From: a virus
IMG/VR virus record: IMGVR_UViG_3300025645_000047
Coordinates: 1-64,000 of that record
Direction: 5' to 3' (one strand)
DNA: 64,000 bases
In this document: one piece after another, positions 7,178 through 17,764 of the stretch
Numbering within the stretch: the stretch's first letter is position 1
Layout: each line of letters opens with the position of its first letter
Position numbers and translations under genes: made by a program
Notes under the pieces: generated by a model
The model's database searches: none
The model's input: only the letters and a program-made list of their open reading frames with translations
Told to the model about the DNA's origin: nothing

Positions 7178-9534
7178 GAAAATTTAATAGTATTCAAACA
7201 GAGCTTACTGATGATCTTCTTCTTTCTATGCCAAGAGAAGAAAGGCAAGACTTGCTTGATAGTATAGACTCTATAATGTTTATACAGAATCTTACCTCTC
7301 CAAAAAGAAACAAAGTAAAAGATCTTATTAGATGGGACAATCCTTTGCTTCCAGAATCAAGTGAAGATCCTGATATGGATTTAAGATTACCAGATCCAAA
7401 TGGTAGAATAGCTGTTAACTTAACAGATCCGCATATACTGGAAGACATGGACTATTTTAGACCAAGTGCTCTTTACTTTGAAAAGCATGGGTGTTACACT
7501 AAGTTGTTTCCAAACAAAAATACCAATTCACTTTATTATAAATTCTGGCAAGAAGAAGCAAGAAGATGCAGAGAAGGATTTATAAGAGAATCTGATGGAG
7601 AATGGATACCCGGTAACTATTACTTTCAATTAAACTTTGCACCACTGCTTAGAGCAGAAATTATAAAAGGAACTAAACAGGCTGACAGGCTTGAAGGCTT
7701 TGCTTACGTGTATGATGCAGATTACTGGTTCTTTCACTATTGTGAACAAGCAAGAGCACAAGGTAAGCATGGTGCCAACTTAAAACGAAGGGGTTGTGGT
7801 TATTCAGTAAAAGCATCTAACATGTTGGCCAAGAACTTTATACTTGGAGACACAGATAAAGCTAGAAAGAAAGTAAAATCATTTGCTATTGCTAATGAGA
7901 AAGAATACCTAATCAAGGATGGTATCTTAAATAAATTTGTTAACGTAATTGACTGGAATGCAACGCATACGCCATGGCCGAGAGTTAGAAGTTTAAAAGA
8001 TTCTTTAAATGATATGCACTGGAGGATGGGTCGTAAAGATAACATCCGTGGTACAGAGATTGGAGTGTTAAACGAAGTGATGGGTGTTACCTTAAAGAAT
8101 GATCCACAGAAAGCAAGGGGAAAAAGGGGTGCACTAGTACTTTGGGAGGAAGCAGGTAAATTCTCTGACTTCCTTACAGCTTGGAAGATTGCACAACCAT
8201 CTGTTGAAGAATCTGGATATGCATTTGGATTTATGATGGCCGGTGGTACAGGTGGTGTTGAAGGTGGAGCATTTGAAGGATTAGAAGAAATATTTTATAA
8301 CTCAGATGGTTATAACATTATGTCAATGCCTAATGTGTTTGACAAGAATACAAATGGTAAAGGTAAGTGTGCATTTTTCTTTGGTACGTATCTTAACTTT
8401 CGTGGAAAAATGGACAAGAATGGTAACAGTGATGTTATTGGTGCCATGATTGAAATCAATAAGAATAGATCTAAGGTAAAGTATGGGTCATCTGACTTAA
8501 ACACAATTGTACAGACTAAAGCAGAGGAGCCTATTACTCCACAAGAAGCAATCATGCGTACTCAAGGTTCGGCTTTTCCTGTAGCAGATCTAAGAGATTA
8601 CTTAGAAGACATAATGCCAAACATGGAAAGATTCTGTGATTCTCACTGGATAGGAAGCTTGTCTTATGATGAAGAAGGGTTTACTAAGTGGGTAAACAGC
8701 ACTGATCAGAATCCTATTAGAGAGTTTCCATTTAAAGTAAAAGGAAACACTAGTGCTGATGGAGCTATTGAGATATTTGAAATGCCTAACAAAGATAGAG
8801 ACGGTAATGTGTTTCAAAATAGATACATTGGCGGAATAGATCCAATTGATAATGATTACACAATTGGTGGGTCATTAGCGTCTATACTTATATTTGATTT
8901 ATGGACAGACAAGATTGTTGCGGAATATACTGGTCGTCCAAGATTGGCAGATGAGTTTTATGAAACATGCTTAAGACTAACTTCATTTTATAACGCACAA
9001 TCAAATTACGAGAATAACCTGAAAGGATTGTTTTCTTACTTCTCCAATCGTAATGCTTTGTATCTGCTTGCAGATAGTCCAGAGATTTTGCGTGACATGG
9101 ACATTGTAAAGAGTGCTCTCTTTGGCAATAGGGCAAAAGGTACTAGAACAACCAAAGAAGTAATTAAGCTCGGTAAAACGCTTCAGAGACAATGGCAACT
9201 TGCTCCGTATGAAGAAGAAAGATATGATGAAGAAACTGGAGAGTCTAGTAACTTTACAATTCCTAATCTAAGAAGGATTAGAAGCATTGGATATATAAAA
9301 GAGTGCATTGCATGGAATCCAGATATAAACACGGATAGGGTATCTGCAATGGACATGGTTATGATATTAAGAGAAGATAGGGCAAAGATGACAGATGCTT
9401 TTGAAGATCAAACTGAAGTAGACTCAAATACTTATTTTCATGACGATCCTTTTCTTGATGAAAACTGGAAAAATGCAGTTACCAAAATGTCCACAGGCTC
9501 AGGCCCCAACAAGAGCTTCATTAATGGGTTTTAG
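7174..9534 (+). CDS. terL: Terminase large subunit (crAss-like)
   Basis: Walker A-like LKRRGCGYS, Walker B LVLWEEAG, motif III GGTGG, nuclease YIGGIDP and DRVSA. Confidence 0.93.
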   Translation: MRKFNSIQTELTDDLLLSMPREERQDLLDSIDSIMFIQNLTSPKRNKVKDLIRWDNPLLPESSEDPDMDLRLPDPNGRIAVNLTDPHILEDMDYFRPSALYFEKHGCYTKLFPNKNTNSLYYKFWQEEARRCREGFIRESDGEWIPGNYYFQLNFAPLLRAEIIKGTKQADRLEGFAYVYDADYWFFHYCEQARAQGKHGANLKRRGCGYSVKASNMLAKNFILGDTDKARKKVKSFAIANEKEYLIKDGILNKFVNVIDWNATHTPWPRVRSLKDSLNDMHWRMGRKDNIRGTEIGVLNEVMGVTLKNDPQKARGKRGALVLWEEAGKFSDFLTAWKIAQPSVEESGYAFGFMMAGGTGGVEGGAFEGLEEIFYNSDGYNIMSMPNVFDKNTNGKGKCAFFFGTYLNFRGKMDKNGNSDVIGAMIEINKNRSKVKYGSSDLNTIVQTKAEEPITPQEAIMRTQGSAFPVADLRDYLEDIMPNMERFCDSHWIGSLSYDEEGFTKWVNSTDQNPIREFPFKVKGNTSADGAIEIFEMPNKDRDGNVFQNRYIGGIDPIDNDYTIGGSLASILIFDLWTDKIVAEYTGRPRLADEFYETCLRLTSFYNAQSNYENNLKGLFSYFSNRNALYLLADSPEILRDMDIVKSALFGNRAKGTRTTKEVIKLGKTLQRQWQLAPYEEERYDEETGESSNFTIPNLRRIRSIGYIKECIAWNPDINTDRVSAMDMVMILREDRAKMTDAFEDQTEVDSNTYFHDDPFLDENWKNAVTKMSTGSGPNKSFINGF

Positions 9535-9578
9535 CTATAATATTAAAACAAATAAAGGAAGAATATTGATTAAATTTA
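9530..9578 (+). promoter_or_regulatory. Class B bipartite promoter, copy 2 (portal)
   Basis: AGCTATAA at 9533 overlapping the TerL stop; TAAATTTA at 9571 (offset 38). Confidence 0.7.
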
Positions 9579-9594
9579 CAGAATATATTTAGAT

Positions 9595-11991
9595 ATGTCA
9601 GATACAAAAAACTTTCCTAGTCAAAAAATACCTTTTAGTAGAAAGGGTAAGCAGTGGCGTAAAGACCACATGGACTGGGCAGACCATAACAGTTACTTAA
9701 GCAACTCAAAGGTTCGTAGAAAATTAAAGCAAAAAAGAATTAACCTCAACCTATACAACGGTAAGGTAGATGTTAATGATATGAAATTGATTCTAAACCC
9801 AGGAGGTATGGAACAATTTTTTGTGCCTGATGCTATACAACATTATCCAATTATAACTCCTAGAGTTAATGTATTAGTTGGAGAAGAAAAGAGAAGAAAG
9901 TTTGACTGGTCTGTACAGATAGTTAATCCTGATACTTTATCTAAAATTAAAGAAGACAAGAAAAAGCTAGTTGATGCTAGACTTATGGAGATGCTACAAT
10001 CGGAAGTGTCTGATGAGGAGCTTGAGCAAGAGTTAATAAAATATGGTGATTACATTAATTTTGATTACCAAGATATGCGTGAAAAAAGAGCTAATCTTTT
10101 AATGAAGCATTACATTGGTAAACTTGACATGAAAATTCAATTCCAACAAGGTTTCAAGGATGCCTTAATAATGGGAGAAGAAGTTTACATGTTTGACATA
10201 GTTAATGGAGAAGTAACATTTGAAAAGCTTAATCCATTAAAAGTACATACGCTACGTGGAGGATTCTCTAACAAGATTGAAGACTCAGACGTAATTGTTC
10301 TTGATGACTTCTGGTCACCTGGTAAAATACAAGATCATTTCTATAATGACCTAAGTGACCTTGATGTAAAAAAATTAGATGAAGGAGAATGGGCTGGAGA
10401 CAACGTCAACTTAGATGGTGTTACAGAAGCTGTTGATGATGTGGCCGGATTAAAACTTCTTGATAGAGAAGGAATGGATTCTTACATAGACTCAACTGGA
10501 ATATACGACAAGGCAGATCAAGCAGGAAGAAACACATATAAAGATGGGAATGGAAACATTCGTGTACTTAGAATGTTTTGGAGATCTATGAAGAAGGTTA
10601 TAAAGGTAACTTACTTTGATGAGCTAGGAAAAGAACAAACAAAATTTAGGTCTGAAGATTATATCATCGATAAAGAGATGGGAGAAACTGCAAAGACCTT
10701 GTGGGTTCCTCAGTGGTGGAAAGGTGTTAAGATAGGTGAAGATACTTACTTACAGATTAAGCCAAGAGAAATACAATACAATAAATTAGATCAGCCAAGC
10801 TACAATTCATGTGGTATTGTTGGTCAAGTATATAATACAGGTGACGAAGAAGCAGTTACAATGGTGGATAGAGCAAAACCTTTCCAATACCTTTATGACA
10901 TTTCTTGGTACAGAGTAAATGAAGCTTTAAGTAAATACTTAGGTTCTATCGTTGAATTAGATTTAGCAAAAGTTCCAACTGGATGGTCAGTGACTAAATG
11001 GTTGTACTTTGCACGTAAGTCTGGAATATCTGTAGTAGATAGTTTCAAGGAAGGACAAAAAGGAATGGCAAAAGGAAGACTAGCAGGATCAGTAGGTAAT
11101 ACAACTGGTAGAGTTCTTGAGCAAAGAGTTGGAGACTTCATACAAACTCACATCGATATGATGGAGTTTGCTAAATCACAAATGGACGAAATAACAGGTG
11201 TTTCTAGACAACGTCTAGGACAAGTCGAGAACAGGGAGACTGTCGGCGGAATAGAAAGAGCTGTTAGCCAGTCCAATCACATTACAGAAGAAATCTTTAC
11301 ACTGCATGACTATTGTAAGAAAAGATGTTTTCAAATACTTATTGAGACAGCTAAAATAGCACTCAAAGGTAAAGACATAAAGTTTTCTTACATTGGAGAC
11401 GACATGACTCGTCAACTAGCAGAAATTGATGGAGATCAGTTTGCTGAAGAAGAATACGGATTAATGGTATCTAATGATGATGAGATAAATAGATTAGAGC
11501 AAAAGTTAGATGGAATGGTACAGATGGGATTACAAAACCAGATGCTTTCTTTCTCTACTGCTATTAAAATCTACAACTCTCCATCAGTAAGAGAAATTCA
11601 GAGACTCATTGAAAGAGGCGAGAATGACATGAAGGAAGCTCAGTCTAAACAAGGGGAAGAAGAGAACAAAAGATTCCAACAGCAAATAGAAGAGACTAAG
11701 AGACTTGACGAAGAGAACAAAAGAATAGAGTTAGAGAAGTTTAATAGAACAGACGAAACTAAAAGATATATTGCCGAGCTTAATGCTGAAACAGCTAGAA
11801 TACAAAAAGAGCAAGGTGATACAGGGCTTGAAAATGATGATGATTTTGAAAAGTTTGAAGAAGAGCTTGGGATAAAAAGACAGGCACTATCTAACGACAT
11901 GTTAAAGCATGATGATAATATGTCAATGAAAGCTAAAGAATTAGATATTAAAAGAAGTCAAGCAGCAAAAGCATCACAAACTAAAAAGTAA
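9595..11991 (+). CDS. Portal protein
   Basis: Follows TerL; FPSQKIP, HYPIITPRVNVLVGEE, GVSRQRLGQ..RETVGGIERAV motifs typical of crAss-like portals. Confidence 0.9.
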   Translation: MSDTKNFPSQKIPFSRKGKQWRKDHMDWADHNSYLSNSKVRRKLKQKRINLNLYNGKVDVNDMKLILNPGGMEQFFVPDAIQHYPIITPRVNVLVGEEKRRKFDWSVQIVNPDTLSKIKEDKKKLVDARLMEMLQSEVSDEELEQELIKYGDYINFDYQDMREKRANLLMKHYIGKLDMKIQFQQGFKDALIMGEEVYMFDIVNGEVTFEKLNPLKVHTLRGGFSNKIEDSDVIVLDDFWSPGKIQDHFYNDLSDLDVKKLDEGEWAGDNVNLDGVTEAVDDVAGLKLLDREGMDSYIDSTGIYDKADQAGRNTYKDGNGNIRVLRMFWRSMKKVIKVTYFDELGKEQTKFRSEDYIIDKEMGETAKTLWVPQWWKGVKIGEDTYLQIKPREIQYNKLDQPSYNSCGIVGQVYNTGDEEAVTMVDRAKPFQYLYDISWYRVNEALSKYLGSIVELDLAKVPTGWSVTKWLYFARKSGISVVDSFKEGQKGMAKGRLAGSVGNTTGRVLEQRVGDFIQTHIDMMEFAKSQMDEITGVSRQRLGQVENRETVGGIERAVSQSNHITEEIFTLHDYCKKRCFQILIETAKIALKGKDIKFSYIGDDMTRQLAEIDGDQFAEEEYGLMVSNDDEINRLEQKLDGMVQMGLQNQMLSFSTAIKIYNSPSVREIQRLIERGENDMKEAQSKQGEEENKRFQQQIEETKRLDEENKRIELEKFNRTDETKRYIAELNAETARIQKEQGDTGLENDDDFEKFEEELGIKRQALSNDMLKHDDNMSMKAKELDIKRSQAAKASQTKK

Positions 11992-11997
11992 AACAAG

Positions 11998-13176
11998 ATG
12001 GCAATAAAGTTAACACAAAACCAATTCTATGGAGATGAACTTGAGAAACCAATTTCATCAATTCCGGGTACTTTATTTATTGCAACAGACACTAATAAAA
12101 TGTTTCTTTACAATGATCTAGGAGTTCCTGTGTTGGTTACTTCTCAAGGAGATTTTGGAGTTCCTTATACTGGAGCTGTACAAGATCTAGACATGGGAGT
12201 TAATGGAGTTATAGCTCAAAGTCTTCAAGTATCTGGTGGTGCAGGAGGAGAAGGCTCACTAACTTGGAATGCAACAGAAGCTACAATGGATCTACAGAGT
12301 GGTGGAGTTACTTATCAGTTAGGACAAGAAATTGCACCATTGGTAAGAAACACTACAGGTAATACAATAGCAAATGGAACGCCTGTTAGGTTTGCAGGAA
12401 CAAATGGTAATTCAGGAAGAATATTAGTTGCACCTGCAATAGCAGATGGAACAATCCCTTCCTCTTACATCTTAGGAGTATCTACGGAAGAGATACTTAA
12501 CGGAGCAGATGGACACGTAACTTGGTTTGGAAAAGTTAGAGGAATACCCACTAATGGTTCAAATTATGGACAGACTTGGATTAATGGAGATTTAATTTAT
12601 GTAAGTGAAGTAACAGCAGGATTTTTAACAAACGTAAAGCCAGAAGCACCAAACGCACAAATATTTATTGGGGTTGTTGTTAATGCTAGTCCATCTAATG
12701 GAACTTTGTTTGTGAGACCATCTTGGAGAGGACTACTTATAGATTTAGAAGATGTTAATGGTCCTGCAACAACTACAGGTCAAATTCCAGTATGGAATGA
12801 CACTCTTAAAGTATTTCAATTTTCAGAAAATATTCTTAAGTACAGTAAATTAGGAACTACAGGCACGCCATTTTTATTAGAGGCTACTCCAAGTGGAACA
12901 TCATCTTACTCAGATTCTAATGGTGTAGTATATCTTAATTGGGTAGGAGCTTCAGGACAATACGACCTTACGCTTCCATCTGCAGCAATAGAACCTTATA
13001 GAGTAATAAGATTTATTAACGATGGGACTATAGGGGCTAACGACAAAGTAAATTTAGTTGCTCCTGGTGCTGAAACAATTGATGGACAACCTGGGTACAT
13101 ATTAAATAAACCTTATGGTGGAGTTCAAGCTTGGTCAGATGGAACCAATTGGATTATAATGCAAGCAAAGGGATAA
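11998..13176 (+). CDS. Fibre/decoration protein with TQNQF N-terminal module
   Basis: Gly-rich beta modules; C-terminal TLPSA...IDG...SDGTNWII tip-like domain. Confidence 0.65.
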   Translation: MAIKLTQNQFYGDELEKPISSIPGTLFIATDTNKMFLYNDLGVPVLVTSQGDFGVPYTGAVQDLDMGVNGVIAQSLQVSGGAGGEGSLTWNATEATMDLQSGGVTYQLGQEIAPLVRNTTGNTIANGTPVRFAGTNGNSGRILVAPAIADGTIPSSYILGVSTEEILNGADGHVTWFGKVRGIPTNGSNYGQTWINGDLIYVSEVTAGFLTNVKPEAPNAQIFIGVVVNASPSNGTLFVRPSWRGLLIDLEDVNGPATTTGQIPVWNDTLKVFQFSENILKYSKLGTTGTPFLLEATPSGTSSYSDSNGVVYLNWVGASGQYDLTLPSAAIEPYRVIRFINDGTIGANDKVNLVAPGAETIDGQPGYILNKPYGGVQAWSDGTNWIIMQAKG

Positions 13177-13182
13177 TCAAAA

Positions 13183-14076
13183 ATGAAGCAAACACAAAAC
13201 CAGTTTTTTGGATTTGATAGAAAAAAAGCTCGTAAAGCCAACCCTGGTACAATATACGTTGCTTCAGATACTAGGAAGCTTTATATTTATGATGAAAATG
13301 GAGATCCTAGAACAGTAAATGCAACTGCTAGTGGTAGTGCAACAATAGTTGATAGGTATTCTGATTTAGATTCAATTGCTGACGAAGGATCTATTGCTTT
13401 TGTCTTATACGATACAGGTACAGCTTGGCTTCCTGGATCTTTAGGAGGAACATACTACCCTATGGGATGGTATGCTTTTTTAGGAAATGTATGGGTATCT
13501 GATAGTAAGTTTATAGATCAGCAGCTAGCCCAAAATGAAATACTAATAGCAGCTAATACTTCAAGTATTAGTAATCATATAGCTGACTTAGAAAATCCTC
13601 ATCAAGTAGACAAGACTGATGTAGGTTTAGGTAATGTAGATAATACTTCTGATGTAAATAAACCTATAGGTTCATTAACTCAATTAGCCCTAGATGGTAA
13701 AGCAGATACAGACCATAATCATGTAAAAGCTGATATAACAGATTTTAATGATGCAGATTACGCAACTGCTGCACAAGGTGCCTTGGCAGATACTGCTATA
13801 CAGTCTGGGGATAATATTTCTGAGTTGTTTAACGATGAAGTGTATTTGCAGGCAACTGACAATGTATCGGCTCTAACAAATGATGCTGGGTATATTTCAG
13901 GAAACACATTAACTGATTATAGAAGTGATGCAGATGGAACTACTGTTTATAGTGGCTATTTATTAAACAGTGTAATTACAATAAAAAAATGTATTGACGG
14001 TGTTGAAACATTTGGACAAAACTTGACTAATCTAGAAACAGATTGGACAAATAGATTGAGTTTAACGTACATATAA
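13183..14076 (+). CDS. Fibre protein with TQNQF N-terminal module
   Basis: Tail-fibre repeat HIADLENPHQVDKTDVGLGNVDNTSD..KP and HNH..DITDF. Confidence 0.7.
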   Translation: MKQTQNQFFGFDRKKARKANPGTIYVASDTRKLYIYDENGDPRTVNATASGSATIVDRYSDLDSIADEGSIAFVLYDTGTAWLPGSLGGTYYPMGWYAFLGNVWVSDSKFIDQQLAQNEILIAANTSSISNHIADLENPHQVDKTDVGLGNVDNTSDVNKPIGSLTQLALDGKADTDHNHVKADITDFNDADYATAAQGALADTAIQSGDNISELFNDEVYLQATDNVSALTNDAGYISGNTLTDYRSDADGTTVYSGYLLNSVITIKKCIDGVETFGQNLTNLETDWTNRLSLTYI

Positions 14077-14129
14077 TTGTACTTAACTATATATATATAT
14101 TATTAATTAATTAACAACAAGAAACAATT

Positions 14130-15842
14130 ATGGCATTCGTAGCATTAGATTGGAGTATTACAAGGAATGGGGCCGCATTAGACGTTCGCTATATTGGCGA
14201 TACGCACACAGGAACCACTCCTTCTTACGCCACAACAATTGAGCTCCACAGGGCTCTAGGAGATTTCGCAGATCAAGAGCAAGACTCTGGAGATGACGAA
14301 CTTTCGATTATCAACAAAACACCTTCGGATCGTGGGGGTGCGGATACAAACATCACGTTATTAAACGGATGTAATTTAGACGATGCGTCTGTAGAATACA
14401 TCTACGATGGATCATTAACTCAAGACGCAGGAGATACTATCTATGATGGTATTCAGACGTTTGGTAACGCAACTAGTATTCAGGTAATACAAAATGGTGC
14501 TAGACTTACTAATGACTTCTGGAACGAAGCAAAAATGATTGCTGCTGTATCAGATGCACTATCTTCTACATCTCACAGGTTCTTAGTTAAAGTAAGAACA
14601 GGTGGATCTGATATTGATGGTCGTAGACTTATTGGTACTCAAAGAGTATTAGGAACTGCCTACACAGAATTCTCTATTGGTGGTGGAACAAACAGAGGTA
14701 ACAACACATTAGCACTTACTGCCAACACGGATGGAAACAACCAGACTGCAGAAGGTACTATTGCTACTTGGACTGACATTGTAAATGACAAAGAAGGTTA
14801 TTCTGCAATTGATGCTGATGGTAACACAGTAGATGAATTTTACTACTCTAACTGGGAACTTGGATCAAGAAGTAAGAATGAGTTTTACGAAAGATCAAAG
14901 TGGATTCAACGTGAAGGTTCAGCTGAAACTATATATGGTCTTAATGGTGATATCTTTAGAGGTATTACTCATCAAATCAATATAGATGGTCCAACAGGAA
15001 CATTTGTAGAACCAGAAGCTTTGTCTTGGTCAGGTGGTACTGGTCAATTGTTAGCAATTGATTCTGTAACAGCAGGTACTCAGATGTGGATTCAATTACT
15101 TTCTGGAGTTATACCAACAAACGATCAAGTAATAACTGGTGCTTCTACAGCAACAGCTACTGTTAATGTGACAATTACACCTAGACTTATTCCAGCTACA
15201 TTTGTAGGAACATCTACAGGTACAGCAATTAACCCAGCAGCCTATGGTATTGGTATTGGTTCGGATGATTTAACTCAGAATGATCTTCTTGAAGATTTAA
15301 CTGGAACTAACAGAACTCCTCCAAACAATATTAGTTACACTGTAAACAACACTGTTTCTGGAGATTATGTTATTACATCTAACAATGCAGCAGGAGACTT
15401 TGATTTAACTCAATTGTCTATTACTAATGCAGAAGCAGGAGCCTCAGTAACATCAATAGTATTTGATGAAACTATTGCATCTGATACTCCAAGACCAGGA
15501 GGTACAGTTCGTGTAGAACAGTCTAACGGAAGTTATAGAAGAATTGCTTATACAAGCATTACTACTACTACCGTTACTGATGATACAATAAACTTCTCTG
15601 CACTTGATTTCTCAGGTACAGGAGCAGATCTAGTAATTGGAGGTAACGCATTTGTTACCTACATTGATAGAGTTGCAACAGGAGTTACTGAAGCTGTAAC
15701 TTACGTATTTAGTTCTCCAAGAACATTATTTACAAGAGTAAGAAATGCTACTCCAGGAAGTGAAATCAAAACCTTTGAAACAACTGCTTTAGTTGGAGCA
15801 GGTGGTGGTGCATCTACTGTTGGTAGAATTGATGACTTCTAG
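14130..15842 (+). CDS. Putative abundant structural protein (T/G/D-rich, beta-rich)
   Basis: 570 aa; strong A-rich start; followed by a double hairpin and terminator. Confidence 0.6.
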   Translation: MAFVALDWSITRNGAALDVRYIGDTHTGTTPSYATTIELHRALGDFADQEQDSGDDELSIINKTPSDRGGADTNITLLNGCNLDDASVEYIYDGSLTQDAGDTIYDGIQTFGNATSIQVIQNGARLTNDFWNEAKMIAAVSDALSSTSHRFLVKVRTGGSDIDGRRLIGTQRVLGTAYTEFSIGGGTNRGNNTLALTANTDGNNQTAEGTIATWTDIVNDKEGYSAIDADGNTVDEFYYSNWELGSRSKNEFYERSKWIQREGSAETIYGLNGDIFRGITHQINIDGPTGTFVEPEALSWSGGTGQLLAIDSVTAGTQMWIQLLSGVIPTNDQVITGASTATATVNVTITPRLIPATFVGTSTGTAINPAAYGIGIGSDDLTQNDLLEDLTGTNRTPPNNISYTVNNTVSGDYVITSNNAAGDFDLTQLSITNAEAGASVTSIVFDETIASDTPRPGGTVRVEQSNGSYRRIAYTSITTTTVTDDTINFSALDFSGTGADLVIGGNAFVTYIDRVATGVTEAVTYVFSSPRTLFTRVRNATPGSEIKTFETTALVGAGGGASTVGRIDDF

Positions 15843-15861
15843 TAGTAACTAGTAAACAACA

Positions 15862-15935
15862 ATACCGTCTCATTCGATTGAGGCGGTATAACTAATAATA
15901 ATCAGGCTCACTCTTTGTTGGGTGGGCCTTTTTTT
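15862..15935 (+). terminator. Double hairpin ending in an intrinsic terminator
   Basis: ATACCGTCTCA/TGAGGCGGTAT, then AGGCTCACTC/GGGTGGGCCT with a T-run. Confidence 0.8.
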
Positions 15936-15956
15936 AGTATATTTAAAAAAAAATAA

Positions 15957-17753
15957 ATGGCAGCACCTACATATACAACAGACTTAGCAACAATAAACCT
16001 CATGACAGGATCTCATGTAGAGCTTACGGGTGCAACGGATGGTAGGATTACTAATAACGATCCAGACAACTTTATTGCTGGTACAAATTGTGCAACGTCA
16101 CAAACACGTACTGGTGGTGATGTATCAATAGGACATCCATCAAATACAGTTACAATACCAGCAGGTTCTGCTGTTTTTTCTTGGACTTATCACGGAGCAA
16201 TGCCTACGGTAGATACGTTTGCTAATGATGGCATAAGAATATGTATAGGAAACTCATCTGCCAATTATAACCAATTTACTATTTATGGTAGAGACACTCT
16301 TCCAAAAGGAGGATGGTATAGCTCTGCAGTAGATCCAACAAGCACTCCGGATTTAACACAAGGAAGTCCAACGTCAGTTACCAGCACTTTTGGCTCAAGA
16401 ACTTTTATGACTGCAGCAGTAAGTAAGGGTAATCCATTTGCTATTGATTATTCAAGATACGGAAGATCCTTAATAGTAGATGAGGGAGAGATTGCAATTC
16501 CTGCAACTTTTTTAGGAGCAGCAACTCAAAATGATTTAGTGGCTAATAAGTGGGGTTTGTTTGAAGTATCTGCAGGTGGTTTTTCACATAAAGGTTTGTT
16601 TCAAATTGGAACAGTTGCATCAGCAGCTTTCTTTGAGGATAGTAATAAAAATATAGTTTTAGAAGATAATATTCATTGTGCTGCAGGATTTACAGAATAT
16701 GAAGTAATAAATACAGGAACAAAAGTTATATGGACAGGTATTCAGATATCTGCATTAGGAACTACTACTAGAGGTTTATTTACAGTAACAGATAATGCAG
16801 TAGTAGAAATAACTGACTGTACTTTTAACGACATGTCAGATTTTAGTTTTCTTTCTAACACAGCAGTTGTAGGAACTGTTTTTAGAAGATGTAATTTAGT
16901 AACCCAGGGAGGTTCATCTATAACTAGCTCTACTTTCTCAAATAGTACAGCTGCAACTTCTTTATTGGCTAGTGACATGACGTTAGTTACAGGAAATAGT
17001 TTTGTCTCTGATGGATCTAATCATGCTGTAGAAATAACTTCTATTGGAGGAGGGTCTATAGATTGGGATAATCAATTGTCTGGATATGTAGCTGGAGTAG
17101 CAGCATCACCAGTTACTGCAACCTCAACAGGAAATGAAGCGATATATGTCAATGTAGCTTCCGGAACACTTACTATAAATGTTGCAGCAGGTGCATCAGT
17201 GCCATCTATAAGATCCGCAGGAGCAATAGTAAATGTTGTAGCAGGAGCTGTAACATACAAAATAACAGTACAAGACACGGCAGGTACAGCAATACAAGAT
17301 GCGAGAGTATTTTTTCCAGTAGCAGCTGGAGGATCATTATTTTTTCAAGCATCTGTAACAATTGCAAGAATTGGAACTGTAGCAACAGTAACTCACACTG
17401 CTCATGGATTAGCAAATGGAGATAAAGTAGTAATAAGAGGAGTTGATCAAAGTGAATATTATGGAATACATACAGTTTCAAATGTTACGACAAACACTTA
17501 TGATTATACAGTAGCTGGTTCTCCTACTACTCCTGCAACAGGAACTATAACGTCAACTTATGTTCTTATTAGTGCACTAACAGATGTGTTAGGTGTAGTT
17601 CAAGGGTCTAAGACATTTGCAACAAATCAACCAATTGGAGGGAATGTTAGAAAGTCTTCTGCTTCTCCTTACTACAAGACGGGAGCAATTGTTGGAAGTA
17701 TAAACAAAGACACTGGACTAGATTTAACTATCACTTTATTAAGTGACGAATAA
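15957..17753 (+). CDS. Structural or spike protein with a probable beta-helix segment
   Basis: Repeats ITDCTF/VGTVF/TSSTF/TGNSF; TVTHTAHGLANGDKVVIRGV module common in phage tail proteins. Confidence 0.6.
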   Translation: MAAPTYTTDLATINLMTGSHVELTGATDGRITNNDPDNFIAGTNCATSQTRTGGDVSIGHPSNTVTIPAGSAVFSWTYHGAMPTVDTFANDGIRICIGNSSANYNQFTIYGRDTLPKGGWYSSAVDPTSTPDLTQGSPTSVTSTFGSRTFMTAAVSKGNPFAIDYSRYGRSLIVDEGEIAIPATFLGAATQNDLVANKWGLFEVSAGGFSHKGLFQIGTVASAAFFEDSNKNIVLEDNIHCAAGFTEYEVINTGTKVIWTGIQISALGTTTRGLFTVTDNAVVEITDCTFNDMSDFSFLSNTAVVGTVFRRCNLVTQGGSSITSSTFSNSTAATSLLASDMTLVTGNSFVSDGSNHAVEITSIGGGSIDWDNQLSGYVAGVAASPVTATSTGNEAIYVNVASGTLTINVAAGASVPSIRSAGAIVNVVAGAVTYKITVQDTAGTAIQDARVFFPVAAGGSLFFQASVTIARIGTVATVTHTAHGLANGDKVVIRGVDQSEYYGIHTVSNVTTNTYDYTVAGSPTTPATGTITSTYVLISALTDVLGVVQGSKTFATNQPIGGNVRKSSASPYYKTGAIVGSINKDTGLDLTITLLSDE

Positions 17754-17764
17754 ACAAAAAAACA

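Noticed and set aside
9536-9541. TATAAT inside the class B motif read as an E. coli-type -10 box
   Set aside because: Two of five copies read TATAAC, no -35 box is present, and the fixed downstream TAnnTTTR box fits a Bacteroidota -7 element better; not excluded without TSS data
7174-11991. Introns or inteins in terminase or portal
   Set aside because: Both frames are continuous and of ordinary length, with no evident intein splice motifs or homing endonuclease
14077-14129. TTAACTATAT plus (AT)n run as a sixth class B promoter or microsatellite
   Set aside because: Mismatched core and no -7 box at offset 38; a short AT run is unremarkable in this genome
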